A stretch of 64,000 nt of DNA from Amoebophrya sp. A120 (Eukaryota > Protista > Dinoflagellata), in assembly GCA_905178155.1 (NCBI GenBank), contig CAJINV010000010.1, positions 2,534,466 to 2,598,465 of the forward strand. The letters run 5' to 3'. The position numbers and the translations under genes were made by a program. This document shows positions 37,929-50,896 of the stretch, piece after piece. Positions within the stretch are counted from its first letter, which is position 1. Each line of letters starts with the position of its first letter. The notes under the pieces are model-generated. The model did not search any database. It was given only the letters and a program-made list of their open reading frames with translations, and was not told where the DNA came from.

Positions 37929-38640
37929 GTGATTAGTGTGCGGCTGGTCGTTGTCGTGTCTAACTGACTGACACACGCAAGGACAGCACGTACGTTGTTG
38001 TCGATTAATAAATACTCAGAACGAGATTTGAACGGGAACAACACGAGTTCTTGCACGACGCCATGATTTTCAAATTCGCCAGATGCCTACTTTTTACCAA
38101 AGCGATTCATTTTTGTCAGAACAAATTTATTATACAAGCGCGAAGTTTTTTATCAATTTCTACAAGGCCTGCATCTATCTTCGAGGGTCATTTTTGTCAG
38201 TACATTTTGAAAGAGAACTACAACAACCAGATCGATTCGAACAAGATACCGAATAATTATTAAAAACTCGTTAAAAAAAAGCATCTCTACTAAAAAAATA
38301 GGAATATACAAACGCTAACACATCGCACTGCTTTAAGGTTTCAGCACAACAAGAGCCGAATACTTATCATTACAAGCACTTTTCTCTTCTGTCTACATCT
38401 AGAACTACTGCAAGAAAATAAATCTTCATAAGCGAGTAACATGGAAAACGTGGCATCCCCGCGTCGACCATGTTTTGTCTCGACGTTTCACACGTGATAT
38501 TGATACTATTCACACACACGCAAGACGAACGTCACAAGCGTTGGGTCTTCTTGCACCATCCCCATATACAACAAGACTTCAAGCTCGTAGTTCCAGCAAT
38601 GTTTATTTTCTCTCTCAAGTACTTACACAATCGAAAGAGG

Positions 38641-38894
38641 TATCAAATGCAAAAATGTCTGGGTCTGGAAGAATGCAGGTTTGTCATGCTTGTCTGGCAT
38701 GACTCGAGAATCTGTGTTGCATAGGCAGTAAGCAGCCCTCTTACCTGTCATGCAAACACGCAGTTTGCCATGCGGAATACGGAAGACATGGCAGCCAAAA
38801 AATTTGTCATGCATAGTTGCGTATTGCAGTGCGTCTATCATTCACTTTGAACACTACAAGTTTATTCCGGACCCAGACATATTTGCAATCCATA
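38641..38894. mobile_element. Introner family A outside any called CDS
   Basis: TIR; DR agagg/agagg; reverse homologue of 16476-16726. Confidence 0.85.
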
Positions 38895-39225
38895 AGAGGT
38901 AGAGGACATTAATTTTCAGAGCCGTCGCGTAGTAGTTTGTCGTTGACATCGTCATCGCATGGTCGTTCTCAACATAGCATCGCCTTCGACGCTGAAGGGG
39001 TGCTTATCCTATCGCAGACACGGATGAGGCGTTGCGGTTACCAGCACAGCGGAGCGCGAAATAATATTGTAGGATAAAGGCAGCCACACCTCCGCGATAT
39101 AGTAATCATGAAATGTTGGGAACAAGAAGCCATGTAGAAGTTGACAAGAGCGAACTTCTACTGGGGTCGTCCTTGTGCAGCTGACGAGCATATCCTGCTC
39201 GACACAAGAAAGCAAGGCCGGACGA

Positions 39226-39531
39226 TATCGTAAGGAAAAAAGCCCCCACCCCCAAACTTAAAAGCATTTGTATTGCAAACCTTTCCAAATGAAACATTCG
39301 CCCTCTTGCATCTATCAGCATCACAAATTTCCCATGCTGAATAGCGAAAATTTGTGATGCAAAGGAGCCCAACAGCAGGCGAATCCCTGATGCAAAAGAT
39401 ACCTTGCGCACCTAGATTCTGCATCAGAAATGCTTGCGCTCCTTTCATGCATGACAAAAAGTTTTCATTTGGAAACTTCGCATCACAAATTTTTGCAATT
39501 TCAGGGGCGGGGGGCATTTTTCACTGTGATA
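39226..39531. mobile_element. Introner family J outside any called CDS
   Basis: TIR; DR gacga/gacga. Confidence 0.85.
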
Positions 39532-42433
39532 GACGAAAAGCATTGAAGAACGTGCGCGCTTCTTGAATTGTTGTACCTTTTACTACCAACGGAAGAAGAC
39601 AAAAAATAAGACCACTTCTGCTCGTCGGCGTCCCTCTGCTGCAAAATCGACGCACGCAGTTAACCGTGACAAATTATTTTCTGTTCGTTCTTTTTTTCCC
39701 CCTCTGTTTATTTTGGTATCGCATAATCGATCCTTTCTGGCTGCAAAATAAGTACCGGAGAACGTCGAGAGCCGCACTTATCTGTTTCTTTATTTTCTGA
39801 CGTGAGTCCCTTCTGTACAACAACTGATGGCTTCTTTATTTTCATTTCTCATGCACGTCGCGACGCTGTTTTGCTTTTGTGGACGTCTTTCATCTCGACG
39901 TGTTTATTTTCCTATTCATTCACGAAGAAGATTCTGAGTGACGACGAGGGAGAACTACGCAGCGTGGTACCAAAGTGCAGCTGCGAGGAGTGTTTCTTCC
40001 TCTAAGACTGAAAGTCGGTGTCTCTGATCTAGCAGGAAGAACGACCCGCCATATACTGCTTACACTCTTGCTCATCATGCGGCTGCCCTTGAGTCATAAG
40101 CTTTTAGAAGTGCTGCTGCAACAACTGCAGCTACGAGATGACCGTTCTTGAAAAGGTTCTATAGGCGGCCTCGTTAGAAGGTGGTCTTCATTTTGCTCAT
40201 CGAATCGGAAAATCTTTGTTCTTTAGGGACGTAGTTTAAGTATAGTAGAGAGACCTATAGTACTGGCGGCAACTTGGGCCAAGAGCTATAGGCAAAGATG
40301 GGCAAAAGCTATAGGGACGACTTTTTTTTGGCAATCAGCACGCTCCTGCAACCAAAAGTTGGCTCAGACTTGGGCCAAAGTTGGCTCAAAGGTCTAGCCC
40401 TAAGCACTTCTTGAGTGTTTTTGTGCCGTTCAGCCGCATGCTATTGTTATTTTTTTTGTGAATTCGGGCTCTAGACGTTTTGCAAAGCGCCATCACGAAC
40501 CAGGGGCGCACGAGGATCAAAAGTTGGCCCAAAGATGGAGCTCAGCTCTAGAGCTTTTTTCACAAAATCCAGCAACTTTTCCAGTTTTCCCAGTAGCCCT
40601 GTCGCGACGTAAGAAAAAGATCCGCTTTTTCGCTTGCAAAATGCCTGCGCGCCTTTCACTTCTCCTGGAGGAGCCAGCTTCGGGACCAGAAGCTCGGGAA
40701 GCTGCTCCAGCATCCTTTCAAGAGCGCGGCTTTATTTGGTTTTTCCCGAAAACCCCAGATCCGGTAGAAGCCAGACGCCGCCGCCTCCGTTCCAAACTTT
40801 TTTTGGCTTTTTCCGGAATGGCCAAACGCGTACACGGGCGCGGCAGAAGCCTGCTACAAATGCGGCCTGCCATGTTTTTCCTTCGGCGCAAAGCCAAAAG
40901 CTTTTCGGAGGTTTGCAGACTGGCCAGGCTTGTCGGAAAAGTAAAGACAAGAGGGGCGCGCTCTGCTTGCACCCAGGCGGCTTAGTATTTTCCCAAATCA
41001 GCTGCGGGGCAGAACCCGTTCGGAAGAAGCTGCAAGGGCCGCTTTTTACTTGTAAGTAGACAGGCCGCTTTGTCCTTACAGCGTAGCTGCTTTCCCTTTT
41101 CTTTCGCTCTTCTGCCAGAGAAACCCCAGCCCGATAGCAGTGAAAGTCGCCTCCTCTGTCTCAGTTACAGAAAAGGCCTGTAGTATCTGCTTTTCCAAAG
41201 GCGGGCAGATCCTGACCAAGCCAAGCAAGGGCGCCGCTTTCAAACTTCGAGAGAGGAAGCCTGTTATTGCTTGTTGCTCAAGCCAGAACCGAAATACTCC
41301 AAAGGCGCAGCTTTCCGGATCCGCAAGAAAGTAGGAAAGCCTGCCATGCGCCCCGACGGCTAGCGCTGGCCTTTTCTCGAGCATTTCCAAAAGCAAGTGC
41401 CCCATGCCATGGCCAAAGGAAACACGTAAACAAGGAAAACATAAGCAAAGCGGCTGCAACATTCTCTGGGCTGTTCTCCAAATCGCTTGCGCTTCGCATG
41501 CTGCTCGCGGCAACCTCAGGCGTGAACAAGCGAAACAAGCCGCGGCCCCGTTGGTTTTTGAAAAACGGCGCGCGGTTTTTCTTTGGGCCAGGCAAGGCGG
41601 GAGCCGGAATTGCCAACCTCCCCATCATTTTTCTTTCCTATCCCCTGAGCGAAATCTGCTTGCTTTCACCTGGCAGGACCAGCTAGAACTATCGCACACA
41701 GCGACCACGGGCGCCCTTGTTTCTTTTCGGCCCGTCATCCGATAAGGGTAGCCGAAAGAAGCTGAAGCAGCTGGCGACGTTCCGAGGTAACCAGCCGGAA
41801 AAGAAAGAGCCGGGACGAGAAATGTGCCCGCTGGTTCACTGAACCGACTGGCCGCCAGCGGGGCGAAATAAAAAGCCAAAAGCGCAACCAACAAAGGAAA
41901 GGCCTGCTCCTTCCTGCCATTTTGCGGCGGCAGCGGCGCGGCTTGCTGCCTCTCGGCCTTTTCAAGTGTTGTTCTTTTTGCTTTTTCGGCCAAACAGGCT
42001 TATAGCGCAGCACTTTTCTTCGTCCGCGTTGCCTGCCCCTCCTATTTTCTGTAGCCCAGTTATTGCCCTCGTGCGTTTCTTTTGCCCACTTATACCCACC
42101 GCCTTGAGCCCTGTTGTTCTATTTGTATGCGTAAATTCCCGCGCCGTTGTGCCTCCACGGCGGCGCGAGTGAGGTATAGTATTGCTAAGGTCGGTCGTCG
42201 TCGTGGTCCGCTGCTGCTGCTGTTGCACTCAGTACTGGTTGTACTACTTCTCATTTATTTTCCTCCACGTGGAGCTCGTCGGCGTGTTAGCACACCTACT
42301 CCAATGAATTTATTTCTCGATCTTCTTGTATCTTTCAAGGGAGTTGTGTTATAGAGTGATATGAAATTGAAATAATACAAATAAACTAACATTTAAACAA
42401 CAAGATGCGGCATACGCATATCTACAATTGAAG

Positions 42434-45400
42434 ATGTTGAATGCGCACAGTTCTACTTCCCGGGGTCGGGGGCCAGCTGCTCCTACGCCTGGCTCATCAT
42501 TTGCGCAGTCGTCGAAAAGCGATCACCACCAGCACCAGGTTCCGGAGGAGGCGAGCAGGACAAGAGCGAATGCGAAAGGAGGAACTTCTATAGTACAACC
42601 GAAGCACAACTACCTCTCATCTTCCGATCGAACATCACAGCAGCCATTGAGTTACGCATTGCAAATATTTCTGGGTCTGGAAGGATGCGAACTTGTGATG
42701 CGCATTTCACAACACACGCAAAACTCTCACGCATGGGCAGCAATAAAAGGTGCCCACTACCACTTCCTGTCACTTAAAAGGGGGATTTTTTGTCATGCGA
42801 CTGTGGCATTGCGGAAGGTTCTCGATATCTGTGATGCTAGGGCCTCCATGACAGACCTTTTGCGTCATGCAAAAACAGCATGGGAAAAATCTGCATTCTT
42901 CCAGACCCAGACACATTTGCATTGGATACGAGTAGCACGAGTGCTGCACCCTCCACAACGACGCCGCAGATTGACCCGTTAGGACAGTTTGTGCAGAGCA
43001 TCAAGTCGGGCATCGCTACCTTGGTGCACAGCGAAGCCGTGCAGAACTTTGTGTCCGTTGCGCAAGACGTGTCCAACACCACCAATATCGTGGATGTGCA
43101 ACTCGTTCGCGGGTATGAAGAAGTGCGGAAGGAGTGGCTCTTGGCGGTGCCCAGCAGCACAAGTCACGCACCCAATGCAGCAGCTGCTGCAGCGCCGACC
43201 CTTTTTCTATTGGGTAAGCAGTACGAAAACGCTCCGGACCAGAAGCAATGGGAAAACTTCAAGAAGGACTTCAACCGGCTGTACCGGTGCACTTACCGGA
43301 AAAACTTTCACAAGCCGCTGGAACGGACCTACACCAATGATTCCATTGTCACCATCGACACCGACGCCGGGTGGGGCTGCATGATCCGTGTGGGGCAGAT
43401 GCTTCTGGCGAACTTGCTGAAGCGGCAGCTCTATCAAATGTAAAAATGTCTGGGTCTGGAAGAATTCATGTTTGTCATGCTTGTCTGGCATGACTCTTAC
43501 ATCGATCTGTCATGCACATTACCCAAGAGCTCCGTTTTTCTGTGATGCAGAAGCGCAGTTTATCATGCAGAATAGGCAACACCTAGGAGCTCAGAAACTT
43601 GTCATGCTGAGCCAGCATCTGTAGCCTCATCATGAGACGCCACCCAGCATTACAAGTTTCCAGACCCAGACACTTTTACTTTTGATAAGCTCGAGCAAAG
43701 GTCGGCCACGGAACAGAATGTGCGGGAGTCAGTGGATGCGTTGAAGATTTTGCGCTTCTTTCTCGACCGACCGGACGCGAAGTTCGGCCTGCAGTCGTTT
43801 CTGCTGCTGAAGGACGCTGGCGATTGGCTTGGGCCGACCAGCATTGCCACAACCATCGAGAAAATGGTGAACCACGATGGCGTATGCTTTGCAAATCTGT
43901 CTGGGTTTGTAAGGATGTAACTTGTGATGCTGTTTTTGGATTCTAAAAATATCTGTGTTGCATGAGCAGCAAGAGGAGTCAGTTCTTGGCACGCGGAGAG
44001 GGCATTTCTCCTGCGTAACTAGCATGAAGTAAGAAGCTCCCAAAAAATCTGTCATGCTAACACCAGCATCACAGACTCCACGGGTGATGCAAAATGTGCA
44101 TGACAAGCCCCGACTCTTCCAGACCCAGATAGTATATTTGCAGTGCATATGGCGGTGGTCCGGGCAGTGCCGGGCACCAGCACCACGCTTTTCTCCACAG
44201 CACTCGACCCATGACGGCGTCCCTGATGAGCGGCAGTTACGAGAAGATGGCGGAGTCTTTTGCGGTCTACGTCGATTACGATGGGTACATCTATTTGGAC
44301 GAGATCCGAAGACTTTGTATGACCCGCTCAAACGTTACAATCTCAAACGTGACAATAGAATCTGGATTTTGTAGTATTGCATGATGAGCATGACAGACCC
44401 GCACAGCGTTCCACTTTCTGCAATACAAATTTCGCTAGATCTTCTTAGTGCGGTTTGGGACTCCAGAACTTGTCATGCGCAATGCTGTGGGAGTCAGTGG
44501 GCTAGGTCGTGCACCTTTTGCATCACAGATTTCCATCTTCTATTGTAACGTTTGAGATTGTAATACCTGAGCAGGTTATACTTTGCCCGGAGCTCTTCTA
44601 CCAAGGCGCGGTCGACCGTGACAAAAAGGCGGAACAAGAACGGGCGGCACACCGCGGCGAAGTCGTAGACGAGGACGACGGGCAGCACGGCAAAGAAGGC
44701 AGTGCTGACAGCAAGAAACCGAAAATAAACAAGGGGCTGCTCCTGCTTCTTCCGTTTCAACACGGAACCGAGCAGTACATGCCGGCGATACAGCAGGCGC
44801 AAGTGTCCTACTACCTGAAAATTCCGTACACGATGGGCATCCTTTCGGGGAAGCCGCGGAATATTGCAAGGAAAAGTCCCCCCTCCCCATATTGAAAACA
44901 TGTCGCTTCGAAAATTTGTGATGCAGACTTGTGACCACAAATCCGGTCTGTCTTGCCAGAAGGCAAATCCAGAGAGTCCGCCACGATATGCGGGCGGTTT
45001 GTAATGCTGCAAGGCCTACAGGGCAGACGTCTGCCATGCTAGGCCCCTACACCAAAAGGACCCCCCTTGGGCTTGCGATCTGCGTGCAATGCTTTCCTGC
45101 AAGACAGATGTGATTTGTGTACACAAATCCCGCGCCACAGATTTCCGTTTTGATATGGGGAGGGGGGATTTTTCATTTTGATACGGAAGGCGCACTATTT
45201 TGTGGGCTGTCTGAACGAGGACCGACTGCTGTATCTAGACTATCCCACAGAAAAAGACAGGCAGGTCATATTTGTAATGCAAAAATGGATACGCAAGAAA
45301 ACCTGTATTGCGAATCCAAAACAGCACGCTATGGGGCCGCCCATGAGAGATTTTTCCTGTGTAATTTATTTTTGCATTACAAACATGCCCTGCCTGCTTT

Positions 45401-48400
45401 TTTCCCTGGGATATAAACCCGCACGTGGTTCAGGAGGCCGCCCTGAACCTGAAACAAAGCTCCGCCGCCGCTTGCAAGAAGCAAAACAGCATGATACAAG
45501 CAAGCGGCGCAATATCAACTTCTTCCCCCTTCGAAAACAACGACACTTGGCCCCGTCGACAGAAGGACAAAACTTTGCTTTCTCACGCGACGTATGCACT
45601 GCAAAAATGTCTGGGTCTGGAAGGTTGGAACTTGTCATGCCAAATCTGAATCATGCAAAAATCTGTGTTGCATGATTACCAAATGCTGTCCACTTTTGAT
45701 CAAGTTGAGAGGCCGTTTCTCATGCAGGATAGGCATGATAGATAGTGATCTCACGGAATCTGTCATGCTAGGTCCTTCATTACAGAAGATCATATGGGTC
45801 ATGGAAAACCCGCATGACAAGTCGAGCAAAGTTCCAGACCCAGACACTTTTGCAATCCATACGACGTTCCACCCTGCGTCGCGAGCGGCAGGAGGAACTG
45901 CAGCGGGTAGTTGTTCTCACGCAGAGCGGAAAAGGAGCTCCTCCTCCAGCGGCGCGACAAGCAGCTCAACTTCGGCGGGGCCGCCGACTACTTCCTGCGC
46001 TTTTGCAGCTGGGTCAGTTGTGCCCTCAAAGCTGCCTCCCGGTGGCGGGAGTGGTTGTACTACTAGCCTGCCTAGTACAACGAACCCGGCGGCGCCGAGC
46101 ACTTCCGTAACTGCCGGGACGAGTGCCTCGAATTTTTTATCCGTGTTCCAAAGTTCGGCAACCTCCATTGCGGCCAAGGGCAGTCGGTTGCTGCGGCATC
46201 TGTCCTCGGAAACCTCGGCTGCGAGCTTGGAGAGCAGCAGCGGTGCAGTACTGTGAGGAAAAATCCCCCCTCCCCATACCAACCCGGGACACTTCTGAAA
46301 ATTTGTGATGCTGATTTGTGACCAAAAATCGTCTCTGTATTGCAAGAAGGCAAATCGAAAAACCCCGCCGCGTAGTTCTGCAGGAAATCTGTAATGCTGC
46401 ATGGCCTACAGAGGATGCGACAGCCTTGCTAGGCGCCTACACCAAAACGCCCCTACTCAGGCTCTGCATCTGCCTGCAGTCCTCTACTGCAAGACAAAGC
46501 CGATTTGAGTACACAAATTCCGCAGCACAGATTTCCATTTCGATATGGGGTGGGGGGATGTTTCCTTTTGATATGCAGCAGCTCACCTCGTCCAGAGAAG
46601 CTTCACCAAGGAATCCGCGAGCGTCAGTGCTACCAGTAGGGCCAGTATCAAACAAAAAAAGTTCGTCACGATCACTCATGCGCATTTTTGCAATACAAAA
46701 CTTTCTGTCATGCGTAAAAATGCATCACAGCCGAACTTCATAGGGGATTTCCCTAGTGTTTCTGCAATACAAGAAAAATTTGTGATGCTAAACAAACCCT
46801 GCAAGTTAGTGACTGTGACAAACTTTTTTCTCTCCATAGCCAGTGCTGGTGACATGAGGAAAACAAACGAACCACAAGGGTCTACTAGTGCGACGAACAT
46901 CGTGGAAGCGGAACCAATTCTGGTCGACGAAGACACGTATCAAATGCAAAAATGTCTGGGTCTGGAACAAAGCAACTTGTCATGCTGTTTTTGGACTCTC
47001 AAAAAATTTGTATTGCATGACCAGCAAGAAGAGTCTAGTTTGGGCTACGCGGGGAGGGCATTTGTCATGCGGAATAGGCATCACGAAGCCCTCAAAAAGT
47101 CTGTGATGCTAGGGCATGCATCACAGACATCATGGCCCATGCAAAACGTGCATGACAAGTCTCAAAATCTTCCAGTCCCAGACATTTTTGCATTTCATAA
47201 CACGAGCCCATTGGCAAGAACCGCCTCGGAGGGCGGAAACGCGGCAGCGTCCTCCGCGAGGCACGGCGGTGGAACAAGTGGGGGGTTCCTCAGTTTGTAC
47301 AAGAACAGCACGGGGGGAGGTCTAGCAAGCTCGTCAGGTCCTACTTCCCGCGTCGGGCAAGCGCAAGCGCAGGAAGAACTGCAGGCAGCTACACACACTA
47401 GCATGCCGCAAGGGCAAGAACACAGGCAGGAGCTGCGCCAGCAGTTTGTTTCTACCACATCTTCATCAAAAGCAAAACCTCCGACGCCCTCGTCCGCTTC
47501 AACCTCCTTTCCCGGTTCGTCGCTGCCCACCGTGCGCTCCTTTCAAGTGGAGGTGGAGAGGCACCTCCACGTTTTACCGCTGACGGAGATGAACAGCAGC
47601 CTCTGTTTACGCATTGCAAATATGTCTGGGTCTGGAAGGGTGTAACTTGTGATGCTGCGTCTGGATTCCAAAAAAAACTGTATTGCATGAGCAGCAAGGG
47701 GAATGCAATTTTTGCTACGCGGAGAGGGCATTTTGTCATGCGGAATAGGCATCAAGAAGCCGTCAAAAAATCTGTGATGCTAGGGCGTGCATCACAGACG
47801 TCGCGGCTCATACAGAACGTGCATGACAAGTCTCAGAATCTTCCAGACCCAGACACTTTTGCAACCCATACTGTTTGACTTTTTTCGTGCAAAGCGAGGC
47901 GGAGCTGATGGACTTGTGTGAGAATTGGCTCGGCGGGGATGGCGCTGGAACGAACAGCGATTACAACGACCCCCATCTTCATCAACAGCAAAGGATGTTG
48001 AATAAAAACTCATGGGTCACGGTGGAGAAAAAAAAGCCCGAGGGTTTGACGCAGCTGATGAAAACCTCGCACAACTCTTTCATGCTGGACTCCCAGCACT
48101 CGTCCATGCTGTCGAGCCAACAAACCATGTCTGACTCCTTTCTGGATGACGACCGCAGCCGGTCGCGGACCCACGGACTGATGAGCGCGGGCGGAAACAA
48201 CTTCGATATGAAAGCGAGCTGGGGCGGGTCCAGCGTCCAGTCCGTGGAGCAATCGCCCGCTGCGGGAGGCGGGTCTTCGTCCTTCCACGAAATACACAGT
48301 CACAACCTGTATGCAGTGAAAAAAGTCGTGCTACAGTTACACGTTGAAGAGCTGCAGGCCAAGCAAGAGAGACAACCTCTGTCATGCCGGATAGGTGGCA

Positions 48401-50896
48401 TAGGAGCCTTGTTTTTCCATCAGTAATACGTGTTTTCCCTTAGTAGAACTTGCATTGCAAGTTTTCTCTCTCAGGCACAGAAAAGTTGTGATGCTGAAAC
48501 TCTAGCAGATGTGTAACTGTAACACACTTTTTTTTCTGGATAGTACGAGTAACGGTTTCACGAGTATCGGAACATCAGCAGGAGTTACCGGCGCGGTAGA
48601 AAAGCTTTCTTTATTGGGGTCGAAAGAGGAAAAATCTGCGTATTTGCAGCAGCACCAAGGGAACGGCAATCGCAGCAGTTCCAGCAGTGGATCCAATTTG
48701 TCGGTCAAGTTGGTGGTCGAGGAAGAGTCCTTTGCGAATCACAGCCATGTGGGCACTAGTAGTGGTGGTACATCAACTACTAGGGTAGAAGCGGTAGACC
48801 CTTCTTCATCAGGCGGTGCGACTACACCTGGGATGATTGGTCATCAATCTCTTCTACACGGCGCACCAAATCAGGATCGGAAGAAAAAGAAACGCGCTTT
48901 GACGCGTGAAGGCGCGATTTTGGAGACGTTCGAAGTGTTGTCGCCGAGCATCGTGTATGCACTGCAAATATGTCTGGATCTGGAAACCCAAACCTGCGAT
49001 GCTTAATTGAGCATGGTTGAAGCGCTTGCAATGGCAGCCAAGCATGGTAAGTTTTTGAGACGCCTGCTGATGCCTAGCACGCATCACAAATTGCGTTTTT
49101 GCATGACAAAGGAAGCTCCTCTTTTGCTGCTTATACAAAAGAGATTTTCCAGGAATGCAAGACACGCGTCACAAGTTCCACTGTTCCAGAGGACCCAGAC
49201 ATATTTGTATTTGATATCGTGTCCGGTGCCAGTAGCACCCGGGGGGCCGCAGCAGCGGCCAGGAGTGGCAACAACTACAACCGGGCGGCCGCCGCCCCGA
49301 ACAATCGCAGTTATAGTATTAATGCAGGCGGGACCACCTTCGCGGGGGCTCCGGCTCCGCCTCCGGCCGGGTTTAGCAACGTCGTGCCTGCAGCTGCGCG
49401 GGGGGGAACAACCGGCTCAAGTACAACTTCTAGTTGTCCACCTGGAGGAGCTGAAGGAGAACAAGGTCCGTCCTCCTCCGGCGCCAACAATGTGATGCTT
49501 GCGAACAATGCTCATCTGCAAGGACATAGCCAGACCAATAATACAACAAATGGCGGAGGTGGGGGCCCAACAGCCGGGCGTGGGCAACATCTACCGCCGG
49601 CGCCCACTGCGAGCAACCTGATCCGCGTAAACCCCCCGGCGACGGCACTGCAGAAGGCAACCGCGAAATCGCAGCCGTCCTCGCCCAGCAGAATGATACA
49701 CAAGCGCAGCCACAACGATTTGCAAACGCAGCTCGAGAAATCGCTGCAGCAGCGGAAGTATTCATTGCAAAAGTATATTGCACCAGTACAAGTTGCGTCA
49801 CAAATATATGATTTTGGCAGGAAGAAGAGTGGAATCTCAATCTGTGATGCTGGTGCAGGTTAGGAGAAAGATTTGTCTTGCGTGACTGCAATTATACGAG
49901 TACGATGCTTCTGCATTTGATACAAGCCTGAGTAAGGACGACGACTCGCTGGTGGTGATTGCGAAAAACAACCAAGTTCACCGGTTAGACAACAGTACGG
50001 AGGAGATGATTGGGATGATATCCCCCGTCGTGAGTCCGCCGTTCGTGAAGGTAGATCTGCCTACTTTGCAAGAGCCTGTGATGCCCGGGTCTGCCGAAGA
50101 CGACTTTGAGTCCGTGGACATCATATGCATTGCAAATATGTCTGGGTCTGGAAGGTTAGAACTTGTGATGCTCACTTTGGATTCTGAAAAAATCTGTATT
50201 GCATGACCAGCAAGAGGAGCCCAGTTTGTGCTACGCGGGGAGGTCATTTGTCATGCGGGATAGGCATCAGGAAGGCCTCTAAAAATATGTGATGCAAGAT
50301 CATGCTTTACACACGTCCTGCTGAGTCATGCAAAATATGCATGACAAACCTGGTAACCTTCCAGACCCAGACGTTTTTGCAATTGAAACATCATCGGTGA
50401 TTCCGCGCACGAGTTCGCTTTGACGGGCTTTTCGCCCGTTGGCAGCTCCCCGGAGGATGATATGAATGGTGTCGGAGGAGGAGGGGGGACCACTAGGGCT
50501 TTGTCGTCGAACCATGTAGTAGATGTTGCAGCTGCGGCGAGCGGTAGTAAAAAGACCATCGCGCCGCTGTCCTTAGAAATTATACCAAGATCCTCTTCAG
50601 CTGCGGCCCGCGCGAGCTCGCAAGAGTGGGATTTGCTGGAGAGCAAGACCCCAACGGGGTTGCAACTGGTGGACCACGAGGACATGCATCTTGGGACGGC
50701 GGCGAGACCTACCGGCGCATCTGCAGCCGGTGTTAGTATCAACAATGCGAGTGGTCGAGGAACCACGACCTCCAAGGCCGCATTGCAGTTTCGCAACTCG
50801 CGGTCCGAGATTATCGCGCGAGACGCGGGGATTAACAGTGCGGGGGCGGTGCTAAGTTTGGAAGAGCATGTAGAGATTCTGGAGGAGGACGGGTGA
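42434..50896 (+). CDS. ATG4: Autophagy cysteine protease ATG4 (peptidase C54), 15 introners, long low-complexity insert and tail
   Basis: TYRKNF, TDAGWGCMIRVGQMLLA (catalytic Cys), GDWLGPT, GILSGKPRKAHYFVG, LLYLDPH (catalytic Asp/His, formed only after introner removal), MNSSLCLTFF. Confidence 0.9.
42653..42928. mobile_element. Introner family A
   Basis: TIR; DR tgagt/cgagt. Confidence 0.85.
43432..43687. mobile_element. Introner family A
   Basis: TIR; DR agctc/agctc. Confidence 0.9.
43883..44149. mobile_element. Introner family A
   Basis: TIR; DR tggcg/tggcg. Confidence 0.9.
44318..44580. mobile_element. Introner family K (single copy in window)
   Basis: TIR with internal repeat ctcaaacgttacaat; DR ctttg/ctttg. 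Confidence 0.8.
44862..45183. mobile_element. Introner family B
   Basis: TIR; DR cggaa/cggaa; splits ATG4 GKPR/KAHYFVG. Confidence 0.9.
45241..45413. mobile_element. Introner family F
   Basis: TIR; DR tagac/taaac; splits ATG4 catalytic LD/PH. Confidence 0.9.
45593..45861. mobile_element. Introner family A
   Basis: TIR; DR cgacg/cgacg. Confidence 0.9.
46249..46573. mobile_element. Introner family B
   Basis: TIR; DR tgcag/tgcag. Confidence 0.9.
46646..46838. mobile_element. Introner family H
   Basis: DR gccag/gccag; homologous to 4427-4637. Confidence 0.85.
46938..47199. mobile_element. Introner family A
   Basis: TIR; DR acacg/acacg. Confidence 0.9.
47608..47870. mobile_element. Introner family A
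   Basis: TIR; DR ctgtt/ctgtt. Confidence 0.9.
48310..48542. mobile_element. Introner family G, DR eroded
   Basis: TIR present; flanks acctg/gtacg do not match. Confidence 0.7.
48956..49216. mobile_element. Introner family A
   Basis: TIR; DR tcgtg/tcgtg. Confidence 0.85.
49759..49922. mobile_element. Degenerate introner family C
   Basis: Eroded TIR and DR. Confidence 0.6.
50124..50388. mobile_element. Introner family A
   Basis: TIR; DR catca/catca. Confidence 0.9.
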
